A stretch of 64,000 nucleotides of DNA from an uncultured candidate division Zixibacteria bacterium (GCA_963713865.1 OY970208.1:832001-896000); one strand, 5' to 3'; numbered from the stretch's first letter, positions 10,085 to 20,801 are shown. Numbers and translations: made by a program. Notes: generated from the letters alone by a model not told the origin.

Positions 10085-10894
10085 ATGAATTCAACTGGAT
10101 ACATATTCGACATACAGAGATATGCCATTCACGATGGTCCAGGCATCCGCACCACCGTCTTTTTTCACGGATGTCCGCTCGAATGCTGGTGGTGTCATAA
10201 TCCGGAATGCTGGCAGCCTGTTTTGAAAGACACGGGTTTTCAGGACAGAAGTCAGGACATACCGCTCCGTTTTATCAGGAAACCAAACAGAACCGGTCAG
10301 CTCGTAACTTCGGATATTGTGCTGAATGAAATAATTAAGGATCAGGTCTTTTACGAGCAGTCCGGTGGCGGGGTGACTTTTTCCGGCGGGGAGCCTATGA
10401 TGCAGATGGAATTTCTTTTTGAATTGCTCAAGGCGTGTAAACAAAACGGGATACGTACTGCCATAGATACTTGTGGCTATACCCCGGAGGAAGATTTTGT
10501 AAAGATATATGATCTGGTGGATCTCTTTCTCTATGACCTGAAGGTTATGGAGGATAAAGCGCACAGAAAATATACTGGCGTCTCCAATGTGTTAATCCTT
10601 TCCAATCTGAAAATGCTGTCCGGAAAAGGCAGGAAAACCTGGCTCCGGATTCCTTTGATACCGGGGATTACTGATACTGAGGAGAATCTCAATGCCATGG
10701 TTGAATTTATTACCCCTTTGAAAAACATTCAACATATTAACCTTCTGCCTTACAATAATCTGGGTAAGGACAAGTATCGAAGATTAAATATACCCTTTAG
10801 AATGAATCATAAAGAAGCGCAGACCGATGACGAATTACAAAAAAGAAAAAAACTGTTTGAATCAGCCGGCTATAGAGTAAAAATCGGAGGATGA
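10085..10894 (+). CDS. glycyl-radical enzyme activating enzyme (radical SAM)
   Basis: HDGPGIRT, GCPLECWWCHNPE (CX3CX2C), GGVTFSGGEP; start codon uncertain. Confidence 0.9.
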   Translation: MNSTGYIFDIQRYAIHDGPGIRTTVFFHGCPLECWWCHNPECWQPVLKDTGFQDRSQDIPLRFIRKPNRTGQLVTSDIVLNEIIKDQVFYEQSGGGVTFSGGEPMMQMEFLFELLKACKQNGIRTAIDTCGYTPEEDFVKIYDLVDLFLYDLKVMEDKAHRKYTGVSNVLILSNLKMLSGKGRKTWLRIPLIPGITDTEENLNAMVEFITPLKNIQHINLLPYNNLGKDKYRRLNIPFRMNHKEAQTDDELQKRKKLFESAGYRVKIGG

Positions 10895-10900
10895 ACAGTT

Positions 10901-13292
10901 ATGAATGAGAGAATAAAGAAATTACGGGAGCAAACCATTAATGCTAAGCCATATCTTTCCCTGGAACGGGCAGCACTTCTGACAGAGTTCTACAAAAAAA
11001 GAGAAGCTGAGCACGTTTCTATCCCGGTCGCCAGGGCTCTGGCTTTTAAATATATTCTCGAAAACAAGGAAATCTGTATCAACCCTGGGGAGCTTATTGT
11101 CGGGGAAAGGGGACCGGCACCTAAAGCTGCTCCAACTTATCCTGAAATCTGCACACACACTCTAAGTGATTTTGACATACTCAGCTCCCGCGAAAAAATC
11201 TCATTTAAAATAAGCCCGGAGAACAAAAGGATTCAAAAAGAGACGATAATTCCCTTCTGGTCCGGAAGGTCGATAAGAGACAGGATTTTTGAAGAGGTTG
11301 ATCCAGAGTGGAAGGCTGCTTATAAAACCGGGATATTCACCGAATTTCAGGAACAGCGCGCTCCCGGGCATACCGTACTTGATGACAAAATCTACAGAAA
11401 AGGATTTATCAGCTTCAAAGATGATATTGTTAGGAGTATCAAAAATCTTGATTGGTTTAATGACCCGGATGCATACGAAAAAAAGGAAGAGCTGAAGGCA
11501 ATGGCAATAGCAGCGGATGCCATCCTATCGTTCGCCAAAAGGCATGCTGAGAAACTCCACCAGTTAGCACAGGAGGAAACGGATCCGAACAGAAAATCAG
11601 AGCTGGAACATATGGCTGGAATTTGCGAGAAAGTGCCGGCTTATGCCCCGCAAACGTTCTGGGAGGCACTTCAGCATTACTGGTTTGTTCATTTAGGAGT
11701 AATAACCGAACTGAATACCTGGGACTCGTTTAATCCCGGTCGTTCTGGATCAGCACCTGCTCCCCTTTTACCGGAGAGACCTGGAAAACAGGACCCTGAT
11801 AGAGGAAAAAGCCCGGGAATTGCTCCAGGCTTTCTGGATTAAATTCAATAATCAGCCAGCTCCGCCCAAGGTGGGGGTAACAGCTCAAGAGAGCAATACC
11901 TATACCGACTTTTGTCTTATTAATCTGGGAGGAGTTAAGGAGACGGGTGAAGATGCGGCAAATGAGCTCACTTTTCTTATACTTGATGTGATAGAGGAGA
12001 TGCGACTTTTACAGCCAGGTTCAATGGTTCAGATCAGCAAGAAGAGTCCGGATAAACTGTTGGCAAGGGCACTAAAAATCATCAAAACCGGTTATGGACA
12101 GCCTTCCCTCTTTAACGCAGAAGCTATCATACGGGAAATGACCAGGCAGGGGAAATCGATTGCCGATGCCAGAAATGGAGGAGCCAGCGGTTGCGTGGAG
12201 ACCGGTGCATTTGGCAAGGAGAGCTACATCCTGACCGGTTATTTCAATCTTCCCAAGGTCCTGGAAATAACTCTTCACAATGGGGTTGACCCCCGTAGCG
12301 GGGAGCAGATCAGCATAGAAACCGGAAATCCGGGGGAGTTCAAAAGTTTTGAGGAACTCCTTGATGCTTATAAAAAACAGTTGAAATATTTCGTTGACGT
12401 CAAAATAAAGGGCAACCGGATAATCGAAAGGCTGTGGGCAAAATACCTTCCAGCGCCTTTCCTGTCGATACTGATTGACGATTGCATCCGGAAAGGCAGG
12501 GATTACAACGATGGTGGAGCAAGGTACAATACCTCTTATATCCAGGGGGTAGGGTTGGGTACAATTACGGATTCTTTGACTGCAATAAAGTATCATTTGT
12601 ATGATAAACGCAGTTTCACATCTTCCGAACTGCTTACCGCCCTTGAGTCAGATTTTGTGAGCGCAGAATCATTAAGAAAAATACTTCTGAACGAAACGCC
12701 CAAATATGGTAATGACGATGATTATGCTGATGATATCTTGAGACAGATATTCGAGCTTTATTTTGAAGCTGTCGATGGCCGGCCTGATACCAAGGGCGGG
12801 CATTACCGTATCAATCTTCTGTCAACAACCTGCCATGTTTATTTTGGCAGCGTAGTAGATGCTACTCCTGATGGCAGAAAAGCGGGTGAGCCGGTTTCAG
12901 AAGGGATGTCACCGGTTCAGGGTGCTGACCACCTTGGACCCACAGCGGTTCTAAAATCTGCATCGAAAATTGATCATTTGCTAACGGGCGGAACACTCTT
13001 GAATCAAAAATTTAGTCCGCAACTGCTCGCGGATGAAGATGGCATTACAAAATTAGCTGATCTCATACGAGCTTATTTTAAGATGGACGGGCATCATATA
13101 CAATTTAATGTGGTCAGCGCTGAAACCCTGCGAAAAGCACAGCTTGAACCGGACAGATACAGGGACCTCATAGTTCGAGTGGCTGGTTACAGCGATTACT
13201 TTGTTGACCTTGGGGTGGATTTACAGAACGAGATAATCAAGCGGACAGAACACGGACGAATCTCCCCAGATTTGGAATTTGATTGCGTTTGA
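10901..13292 (+). CDS. hypD: glycyl radical enzyme, trans-4-hydroxy-L-proline dehydratase-like; +1 frameshift at about 11743
   Basis: EF.EQRAPGH, WDSF, NQPAPPKVG...ESNTYTDF, GCVE, TTCH and RVAGYS match C. difficile HypD as I recall it; deleting one T restores PGRLDQHL. Confidence 0.8.
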
Positions 13293-13825
13293 AAACGGTA
13301 GGCATCCTGAAGCAAAAATTCATTCACCAAGATAGAAATGGATCTAATTTCGTGCTCCTCCGCACTCTGTGCAAACTTTAATCGTGTGAGCCTGACAATG
13401 CGCAGAGTATTGAAATATTTTCAGGTTGCCCATAGCATCAACTACAAGGTATCTCTCCGCCTTTGAAAAGATAATTGATTAGTTAGACTGCATCGGTAAC
13501 GGATAGTTTATTATTATATTCGCAGTCTCCCTCCAGAAATGGGTCAGGAGGTGGGGATCCTTTGAATATATATTGTATGAGGTTAATTACGTCTCAGACA
13601 TTTTCTCAGCGAAAGCTTGATGAGTATAGTAGAAAAAGTGACAATGGGTGTTATAATGAGAAACATACTGCTTGGGTGAAAACGACGATTTAGCTGTTTC
13701 TGGAGACGAGCAAGAACATCTGAAAATTTATCGCGTCATAAGGCTCAGAATGCCTGTGGATAGCCCATGAGCTGACGAGGGATTCTCGAACGATTTGTCC
13801 TCCTGTAGAAAGCACCTTAAAATTT

Positions 13826-16636
13826 CTATTTATTCTGTTGCTTAATTTCTCCTTCCTCAACCATCTGCACAGGTCGGAGGCGAGGTAAAACCTTTATCTC
13901 AACTTTTTTCGCCTCTTGTGGTCCTATTTCGATCTGGAACTCCTCCTGCTCCAGGTAATGGTGGGCCGGCAGGTTCTGATTGTAAACTTTCAGAGTCCAT
14001 TTGCCTGGTCTTATATCTTCAAAGGAAAACCCACCTTCTTCGTCCGTAACTTGCTGTAAAACTTCTTCTCCTTTGGTAATCTGTACCATAATGTCCTTTA
14101 ATCCCAGTTCTTTCTCCTTCGCCTCGCCGGAGCCTTCCAAAAACAGTGAATTATTAGGTCTGCCATCCTCATTATTCAGCTTATGATTGGAAGTGGACGC
14201 AAAATCTACCACAGAGCCTGAGATCGAGCAATAGCTTACTACACCGATCTCAATGAAATTAGTTTTCCCACCTTCTATTTCAACCAGGATGGGTAGTCTT
14301 TGACTGGTGACCCGATTGAGTCCGATTGAGCTCATCTCGACTTGGAGGCGATAGGTTCCGGGATCAAGTGAAGGAAATATGAATTCGCCATTATTGTCTG
14401 TGATCGCGGCTGCTCCATTAACTGTTAAAAGAACTTTTGGAATGGGTGGTCGTCCTGATTTTTCTTCATCATAAACCCTGCCCTTAAGGATTCCCGTACT
14501 CTTCTTTTTGCCTACAGGTATTTTCGCAGGAATGGTATATGTCAGGAAAAATGATAGCTCTTCCTTGCTCTTCTCTACATATTTAGACCATTGAGTTTTT
14601 AAAATTAGGGTATGGCGATTTTTAAAGGCATAAGTAAAATTGGAAAAAATATCGTCTCTTTCCTCGCTTCCTTCAGAAGCTACCTTCTCCTTCCTATAGT
14701 CCAGACTGAAAGAAATGTTATCCCTGATATTCCAAGAACTTGAAATACCTAAGCTTTTGGTTCTTTTCGGGCTCCCGGTAAAGCTGCTATGCCCAATTCT
14801 TGCGTAAAGATTATAGCTTTGCATTTGATTCGGGCGAAAAGTGGCATAAAGGCTATATCTTTCTAAATTATCACTCTCTTTGGCTAAGATCTTGTCTTCA
14901 AATTTCCCTCTTTCGATATGCGTACTTAAACTTAATTTGCCAAATATCCGTTCCAGTCCCAATCTCGATACTTTTTCCTCATAATTATATTTTGCCGGAA
15001 AGAGATAATCTTTCCTGATCAAATGTTCGTGGTCCAAAGAAATGTGAATCCCGAACGGAAATGAATATATCATGCCTGCCCAGTAGGCTTTTTCTCGGTT
15101 AGCTATCCCTATGGTGGAGTCAATCTCAAGATTATTCTTATAGTTACGAAAGCCGAGGTTCCCCAGCAGTTTACGGTAGATTGGAAAGGTTAGTGTTCCG
15201 CTCCTATAATCACTATCATTGTAGTAACCAAAATACTTTGATCCAGCATAAATGTTTTCAAAAGAGTATGTGGCCCGACTACGTAGCTTGCCCTGAAAAG
15301 CCATTCTAAAGGCTAACCCACTAGATTTTTCTTCTCTGTCACTTTGACAGAAACCAAACTCCAGGTCAAGATTGAAGGCTTGATTTGGCTTCATTTCTGC
15401 CTGAATACTGTATATTCTCGAGTCATAACCTTTAGAAGCAAGGGTCGATTCTTCGGTTCTGCTCAAAAAGTTTCCCTTTATCTTAAACTTGTTATTGAAT
15501 TGATATGCAAGATAGGCGCCCACTTGCTTTTTCTTTGGTTCTCCCCATCTGGTCTCCAAATAGAGAGCTCCGCTTTCAAGCTTCCCATGATTAACATTCG
15601 CCTCTACTCCTCTCCCGTAGCTCAATCTTTCAGTTAAAGGAGAAAGAGAATAACTTCTGTCGCCAAAATACAGATCTAAATGTTTTTGGTGGTAACTTAG
15701 CCGATACTCATCTCTGTACCCGTATCTGCTGATCTCCTGGATATCAGGAAAACGAAAGAGAAAATCAACCCATCTTTTACTTTCTTCATCTAGGCTACCA
15801 CGACCCGAGAATTCTGCTTGAAAGCCACCTTTTTGATCACGGCCGGAATAAACTAAGGCTAATTTGATAGGTAATCTGTGATAAGGGTCAGATTCGCCAG
15901 TTACTTTAGGAATGACATCTACTGATACCGTTTGCCTAACGCAAACAATACAATTTTTTAATTCTTCTGTCTGAGCTTCAATTTCAAGAATATTTTTGAT
16001 TCTTTGTTTTAATTTCTCATCTGTCTTTACATAAAGCCCTAAAGATTGTGATTTTCCGGCTTCTAAAGTTAACTCTGATGCTTCTATCTTAATGGGGAAG
16101 ACTGGATTTGATTTTACGGTGAGTTTTATGTTGGCACTGGCATTTCCTTTGTTAACCATGCTGAATCTTACCTCATAAATCTCACCAGCAATCGCGAATT
16201 CAGGTCTTGCTTCTACTATAATTTCTAGCTTTATTATTGGCAAAACCAAGACTGATATACTGTCACTGTCTGCAATATTATAATCCCTCTGGCTTCTGAC
16301 CGAATAGCCAATCTGGTAGCGCCCTGCAGGAAAGGTTGTGGGAATGAAGAATGCGACTACTCGAACTTGTTGTTGGTCAGGTCTAAGCTTTAAGGGAGAT
16401 TCTCTAGGAGTAATCTCCTGCCAACCAGCTGGCAGCCTGAGCTCTTCGGTGAACTCTTCCTCTTCTCTTGTATCGTTGGAGATTAGGAAGCTTCTGGTAA
16501 CGATTCTTCCTGGCTCTACATCCAAAATTGGGGGGGAAGCCGGCCTTACTCTAACTCCTTGACCCTTATCTTCAGCAAAGGTTGAAGAAAATAGAAGAGT
16601 AAGAAAACAGAGGAACAAAAAAGAAAACCTTTTCAT
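13826..16636 (-). CDS. large outer-membrane protein, usher-like (N-terminal Ig domains, beta-barrel, C-terminal carboxypeptidase-regulatory/SdrD-B-like domains)
   Basis: signal peptide; amphipathic beta strands; TD..G.F.F..L.PG.Y repeats at the C-terminus; last gene of the pilin/chaperone operon. Confidence 0.6.
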   Translation of the reverse strand: MKRFSFLFLCFLTLLFSSTFAEDKGQGVRVRPASPPILDVEPGRIVTRSFLISNDTREEEEFTEELRLPAGWQEITPRESPLKLRPDQQQVRVVAFFIPTTFPAGRYQIGYSVRSQRDYNIADSDSISVLVLPIIKLEIIVEARPEFAIAGEIYEVRFSMVNKGNASANIKLTVKSNPVFPIKIEASELTLEAGKSQSLGLYVKTDEKLKQRIKNILEIEAQTEELKNCIVCVRQTVSVDVIPKVTGESDPYHRLPIKLALVYSGRDQKGGFQAEFSGRGSLDEESKRWVDFLFRFPDIQEISRYGYRDEYRLSYHQKHLDLYFGDRSYSLSPLTERLSYGRGVEANVNHGKLESGALYLETRWGEPKKKQVGAYLAYQFNNKFKIKGNFLSRTEESTLASKGYDSRIYSIQAEMKPNQAFNLDLEFGFCQSDREEKSSGLAFRMAFQGKLRSRATYSFENIYAGSKYFGYYNDSDYRSGTLTFPIYRKLLGNLGFRNYKNNLEIDSTIGIANREKAYWAGMIYSFPFGIHISLDHEHLIRKDYLFPAKYNYEEKVSRLGLERIFGKLSLSTHIERGKFEDKILAKESDNLERYSLYATFRPNQMQSYNLYARIGHSSFTGSPKRTKSLGISSSWNIRDNISFSLDYRKEKVASEGSEERDDIFSNFTYAFKNRHTLILKTQWSKYVEKSKEELSFFLTYTIPAKIPVGKKKSTGILKGRVYDEEKSGRPPIPKVLLTVNGAAAITDNNGEFIFPSLDPGTYRLQVEMSSIGLNRVTSQRLPILVEIEGGKTNFIEIGVVSYCSISGSVVDFASTSNHKLNNEDGRPNNSLFLEGSGEAKEKELGLKDIMVQITKGEEVLQQVTDEEGGFSFEDIRPGKWTLKVYNQNLPAHHYLEQEEFQIEIGPQEAKKVEIKVLPRLRPVQMVEEGEIKQQNK

Positions 16637-17439
16637 AACTCAATTTCTAAATCATATTGGGCACCAAAGACATATTGGTCTCCATTGTCAACCACTACCA
16701 GTGCTTTATACTTCCCTTTTGGAACGTCGCTTAAATCGATCTTGTGTCTTGCAGAACAACCCGGATAGATACGCATTTGACGATTTCCAAAGCGCCCTAT
16801 ATTTTTACCATCCTTATCATAAAGTTCTGCCCAGATTGTGGGAGAAAGCCATCTCTCCCCTACATTCTCAATATCTAATTGAAGAGTTTTTTTCCCATCC
16901 TGGCTGATTAACTTTTTGTCCAAAAACTTTATCTTACGGATTCCGGTATCGCCAATATTGGTAACGATTTGAATACCGTAGCGTACCACGGTACTAACAC
17001 CCAACTTTATCTTTCCCGTTTTATCCTCAATCTCTTTTGGATCTATATCGGATGTAGGTTCTACCATTAACATACTCCAGTATGTCCCAATTAAGTCCAG
17101 TTGCTGGGGAACTTGGATAGTGTAATAGACTGAGGCCATTTCTTTTGGAGGAATGGTTAAACGAGTTGGGTTAATCGAAAGCCAACTGGCGTTAGAACGA
17201 GCAGCCCTTCCCGGCTCACCGTAGATGTTGCTCCCATCAGAATAAAAGAGGTAATCAGTTTTATAGATTGTTACCTCCCAGGAAGTTTCTCCTGTATTCT
17301 CCAGAGTAATCTTTCCTTCAAATTTTTCTCCGGGCTGGAGGGTAGTTTCTCGAGTCAGTTCTCCAATAAGCGAAACGCCGGCAAAGGAAACCTCACCTAT
17401 AGCAAAAAAAATTAAAAATAGACAGATAGTCTTCTTCAT
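16633..17439 (-). CDS. periplasmic pilus chaperone-like protein (two Ig domains; PapD/EcpB/DUF916-like)
   Basis: signal peptide; ENTG, WL.I.P..LTIPP, GTYWSMLMVEP, ENVG, IYPG, PKGKY pattern. Confidence 0.6.
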   Translation of the reverse strand: MKKTICLFLIFFAIGEVSFAGVSLIGELTRETTLQPGEKFEGKITLENTGETSWEVTIYKTDYLFYSDGSNIYGEPGRAARSNASWLSINPTRLTIPPKEMASVYYTIQVPQQLDLIGTYWSMLMVEPTSDIDPKEIEDKTGKIKLGVSTVVRYGIQIVTNIGDTGIRKIKFLDKKLISQDGKKTLQLDIENVGERWLSPTIWAELYDKDGKNIGRFGNRQMRIYPGCSARHKIDLSDVPKGKYKALVVVDNGDQYVFGAQYDLEIEL

Positions 17440-17448
17440 TTCTCCTCC

Positions 17449-17994
17449 TTACGGAATATCAACTACGGTGAAAACGATAGTTGTGCTATAGTTACTGGGC
17501 GAAACACTCACCGACATACCGGTTAATTTATATTGCAGGTCGATGGCTGCTTGGTTACCTGCCCCTGAAAAAAATTGACAATCCATTGTCGTGATTTCAA
17601 TGTAAGAAAGTCCCCCTGAAACAGAGCCTGGTCCATTCCCATCTGAGGTTCTTCTAACACTAAGTGTGAAGTTCCCGTGCCAGCCCCCGCTGTCAACCCT
17701 CCTCACATCTAATCGCCAATTATCATTTTCATCCAAGGTGTTGGAAATTGATATAGATGTAGCATTGGCCGGGCTTTCGTAGGTGGCAACCAAGTCGCTC
17801 CCTGCCCCAGAGGCTAAATCGGTTTCATTGACTATTTCGCTCCATCCCCCGGTTGCGGATATGTCAATAGATTTAGCCTTGGTCAGAAACAATAAAAATG
17901 GGACTGTGAGAAATAATATTCTTCCCAGGATAATGATTAGTGGGGTGGTCGAGTTTCTGGACCACCCCAAGCATATCCTAACCTTATGGACCAT
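17449..17994 (-). CDS. secreted pilin-like subunit (minor/tip candidate)
   Basis: signal-like N-terminus; S/T/G-rich beta protein ending NYSTTIVFTVVD; start uncertain. Confidence 0.55.
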   Translation of the reverse strand: MVHKVRICLGWSRNSTTPLIIILGRILFLTVPFLLFLTKAKSIDISATGGWSEIVNETDLASGAGSDLVATYESPANATSISISNTLDENDNWRLDVRRVDSGGWHGNFTLSVRRTSDGNGPGSVSGGLSYIEITTMDCQFFSGAGNQAAIDLQYKLTGMSVSVSPSNYSTTIVFTVVDIP

Positions 17995-18484
17995 CTGTTA
18001 AAGTAAGAGTAACTGTTCTTTGTGCCTGGCTTACCACTCCAGCAGCGACTGTAGCAGATAATGTATAAGTTATTGACAGGCCACTCTGTACTACCGTACT
18101 AATCCCCGTGACCAGATCTGCCGCAGTAGCTAACAAAGTCACATTGCCGCTGCTGGAACCCCCTGTTGGAGCTCCGAGGTTTACCTGCAGGGTAGTATTA
18201 GCCGGCATATTGGTATTAATTACCCCGGTCATCTTCTTGTTGCTTCCGTTAGTAGTCACAGCCCAGGTTGTGGTATTATCCGCATCAGCAACCGGCTGGG
18301 AACCTGCGGTTGCAGCGTCAACGACCAGGTTGCCAGGATTTCCGCTGGTGGAAATCTCATTGATGGCACTGACCTCAAATGTAACCGTTTGCTGAACGGT
18401 GTTTGCGGCCATTGCCAGATTACATAGGACGAGCGCGAACCCCAACACAGCCATACTAACCATAAGCTTTCTCATCTTCTTCAC
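17984..18484 (-). CDS. secreted pilin-like subunit (major candidate)
   Basis: strong SD AGGAGGTGA; AMA signal cleavage site; T/A/V/G-rich, alternating N-terminal strand (QTVTFEV) and C-terminal RTVTLTLTD. Confidence 0.65.
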   Translation of the reverse strand: MKKMRKLMVSMAVLGFALVLCNLAMAANTVQQTVTFEVSAINEISTSGNPGNLVVDAATAGSQPVADADNTTTWAVTTNGSNKKMTGVINTNMPANTTLQVNLGAPTGGSSSGNVTLLATAADLVTGISTVVQSGLSITYTLSATVAAGVVSQAQRTVTLTLTDGP

Positions 18485-18746
18485 CTCCTGCCGCCCCCCT
18501 ATGGTTCTACTTTTTACTTTACAAACTTATGGCACAACATCACCTTAGAGTGTTGGTAAACTATAGAAAATCTAATTGAATTCCAGAAGTTAAGTTTACC
18601 CATCTGGTCCGGCAAATATTTCACTTGCTCCTAATCCATAATAGATAATCTTTCTAAGACAGATTCGATGAAATCAAACCCTCCTTTCCTCTTCAAGATT
18701 AAGCAGATACTATACTTACATTCCTAGCACCTTTCCATTGCTTTTA

Positions 18747-18773
18747 TTATCGGTTTAGTTTTCGAGACCTTTA
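18747..18773 (-). promoter_or_regulatory. sigma28 (FliA/WhiG)-type promoter for the pilin-like operon
   Basis: TAAA-N15-ACCGATAA on the minus strand (consensus TAAA-N15-GCCGATAA). Confidence 0.55.
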
Positions 18774-19091
18774 TGGCATAAAAAGGAATTATAAAGGTTA
18801 ATTTTTCACCCAAATACTGTATAAACCTGATAAGATGCCGAATAAATTGATAACGTTGCAAGAGTCGAGACATCTATTCAAGATCAAGAAGTCCGTGTAT
18901 CCTGAGATGCGAAATTAAAATCTAGGTTACTCAAATTTTTCTGTCACCGTTTGCTGGTAATGAAAAGTTCAAATAAATGGAGAAAAAGATAGCGGCCGAG
19001 GGTATCCCAAACATCATTATGAGTTAGGTACCAGTATGCTTGGATTCATCAGGTGATAGAAAAAATCGACTTATCAGAGAGGAGGCTGTAG

Positions 19092-20126
19092 ATGCCAGAG
19101 TTAAGAAAAGATATAATAACCAGAGAGTGGGTTATTTTAGCTAAAGAAAGGGTAAAACGACCTTCAGATTTTACGCAAGAAAGGAAAATGCCAGTGGTTA
19201 AACAGTATGATGCAGATTGTCCTTTCTGTTCCGGGAATGAAGCACTTACCCCTCCTGAGCTTTTTGCCTATCGTAAGCCTGAGACGAAGCCAAATTTCCC
19301 CGGCTGGAGAGTGAGAGTTGTCCCTAACAAGTTCCGAGCTTTGGATAGGGAAGGCGAGCTCAATCGAAGAGATGTTGAAATTTATGAAATGATGGACGCT
19401 GTGGGTTCCCATGAAGTTGTTATTGAAACACCAGATCATAGAAAATCCATAGCCCATATGGAAGAGACAGAGGTTGAGGAGGTGATCTTGGCTTATTGTA
19501 ATCGTTATAAGGCTCTTAGAGAAGACCCACGCTTGAAATATATCTTAGTCTTTAAAAACCACGGAGTGGAAGCGGGATGCTCTCTGGCTCACCCCCATTC
19601 TCAGATCGTTGCCACACCTATAATTCCGCAGAAAGTATGGGGAAAAATCAAAGGGGTGCAACAATATAAAGAATACCGAGACAGATGTGTTTACTGCCAT
19701 ATAATCGAACAAGAGATAGGAACTCGGGAACGCCTGATCACGGAAAACACATATTTCATAGCTTGTACTCCGTTTGCGTCTCGCTCACCATTCGAAGTGT
19801 GGATTATCCCCAAGATTCATAGATCTTGTTTTGCCGATATGTTCAGACTTGAAGTGTTGGAGTTTGCCCAAATTTTGAAGGAGACCATGTCATGTCTTTA
19901 TTATGGTCTTATTGATCCGCCTTATAATTACACACTATTAACTGCCCCTTGTGATTCTGATATGCTCGAAGATTTTCATTGGCATTTAGAGATAGTTCCG
20001 CGACTAATCACACCAGCAGGATTTGAAATGGGAACAAGCATCTATATTAACGTTGTCCCTCCTGAGCATGCGGCAAGATATTTGAGAGAGGTTACAATTC
20101 CAAAGGAGCAGGCTGTTACATTCTGA
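19092..20126 (+). CDS. galT: galactose-1-phosphate uridylyltransferase family protein
   Basis: MPELR, RVKRP, CPFC, VVPNKF, FKNHG and HPHSQ HIT-type motif. Confidence 0.9.
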   Translation: MPELRKDIITREWVILAKERVKRPSDFTQERKMPVVKQYDADCPFCSGNEALTPPELFAYRKPETKPNFPGWRVRVVPNKFRALDREGELNRRDVEIYEMMDAVGSHEVVIETPDHRKSIAHMEETEVEEVILAYCNRYKALREDPRLKYILVFKNHGVEAGCSLAHPHSQIVATPIIPQKVWGKIKGVQQYKEYRDRCVYCHIIEQEIGTRERLITENTYFIACTPFASRSPFEVWIIPKIHRSCFADMFRLEVLEFAQILKETMSCLYYGLIDPPYNYTLLTAPCDSDMLEDFHWHLEIVPRLITPAGFEMGTSIYINVVPPEHAARYLREVTIPKEQAVTF

Positions 20127-20586
20127 AGCACCTTATCCTTACAGGTCTTTATCATAACTATGGGAAAGTCGAAAGAGTTAGCCCTACAAGAGAAGTAGTC
20201 GGAAGTGGGTAGGGTTGTGATCAATTTTGAGCTACCTAATTTATTATCTTAAAGCATAGTTTGGGAAAAAAAGTCTTCCGTGGCCTTGGTTCCTAATCTT
20301 TACCTGCTTTGATCTCAAAGCATATCAAAACGTGGAGACGGTGTCAACTAAAATGTCAAGCAAAAAATTTAATCTTGAATCATGTATATCGACTAGCAAA
20401 TAAGAAATCAAAGAAAAATAGACTTCGTGCAAGGTAGTCAGACTCAATGAAAATTCATAGGAGAAAATTCAGCGGTGGTGTTCGTGGGATGATTTTACAA
20501 CTTTTTTCTTACGGTGGGGTAGTCGAGTTTTCTCCTATCCTCAGATACTGATAACCTATTATTATCCATTGGAATATAAGAACTTT

Positions 20587-20666
20587 CTCCTCGGGCAGGG
20601 ATCGAGCCTGTCCTATGGATCAAATTCGACAACTTAGTCCCGCATAACTGCGGGACTCACTCTACC
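20587..20666 (-). pseudogene. degenerate tRNA-Asn copy (3' part), anticodon arm replaced by a TCCCGCA-N4-TGCGGGA hairpin
   Basis: CTCCTCGGGCAGGG, CAACTTAG and CTCACTCTACC blocks identical to the adjacent tRNA. Confidence 0.7.
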
Positions 20667-20688
20667 TTTTCAAAAGTATAAAGAAAAA

Positions 20689-20760
20689 CTCCTCGGGCAG
20701 GGCTCGAACCTGCAACTTAGCGGTTAACAGCCGCTCACTCTACCATTGAGTTACCGAGGA
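20689..20760 (-). tRNA. tRNA-Asn (GTT), CCA not encoded
   Basis: TCCTCGG/CCGAGGA acceptor stem, AGCGG-CTGTTAA-CCGCT anticodon arm, GGTTCGAG T-loop. Confidence 0.95.
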
Positions 20761-20772
20761 ATAATTAATTCC

Positions 20773-20801
20773 GCTATTAGCTATACGCTATTAGCTATTA
20801 G
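20773..20801. repeat. heptamer tandem repeat (GCTATTA)n
   Basis: GCTATTA GCTATAC GCTATTA GCTATTA. Confidence 0.7.

Noticed and set aside
13293-13825. Possible small Cys-containing ORF remnant on the minus strand (..CTECGG..)
   Set aside because: Short, no clear start, no recognisable family
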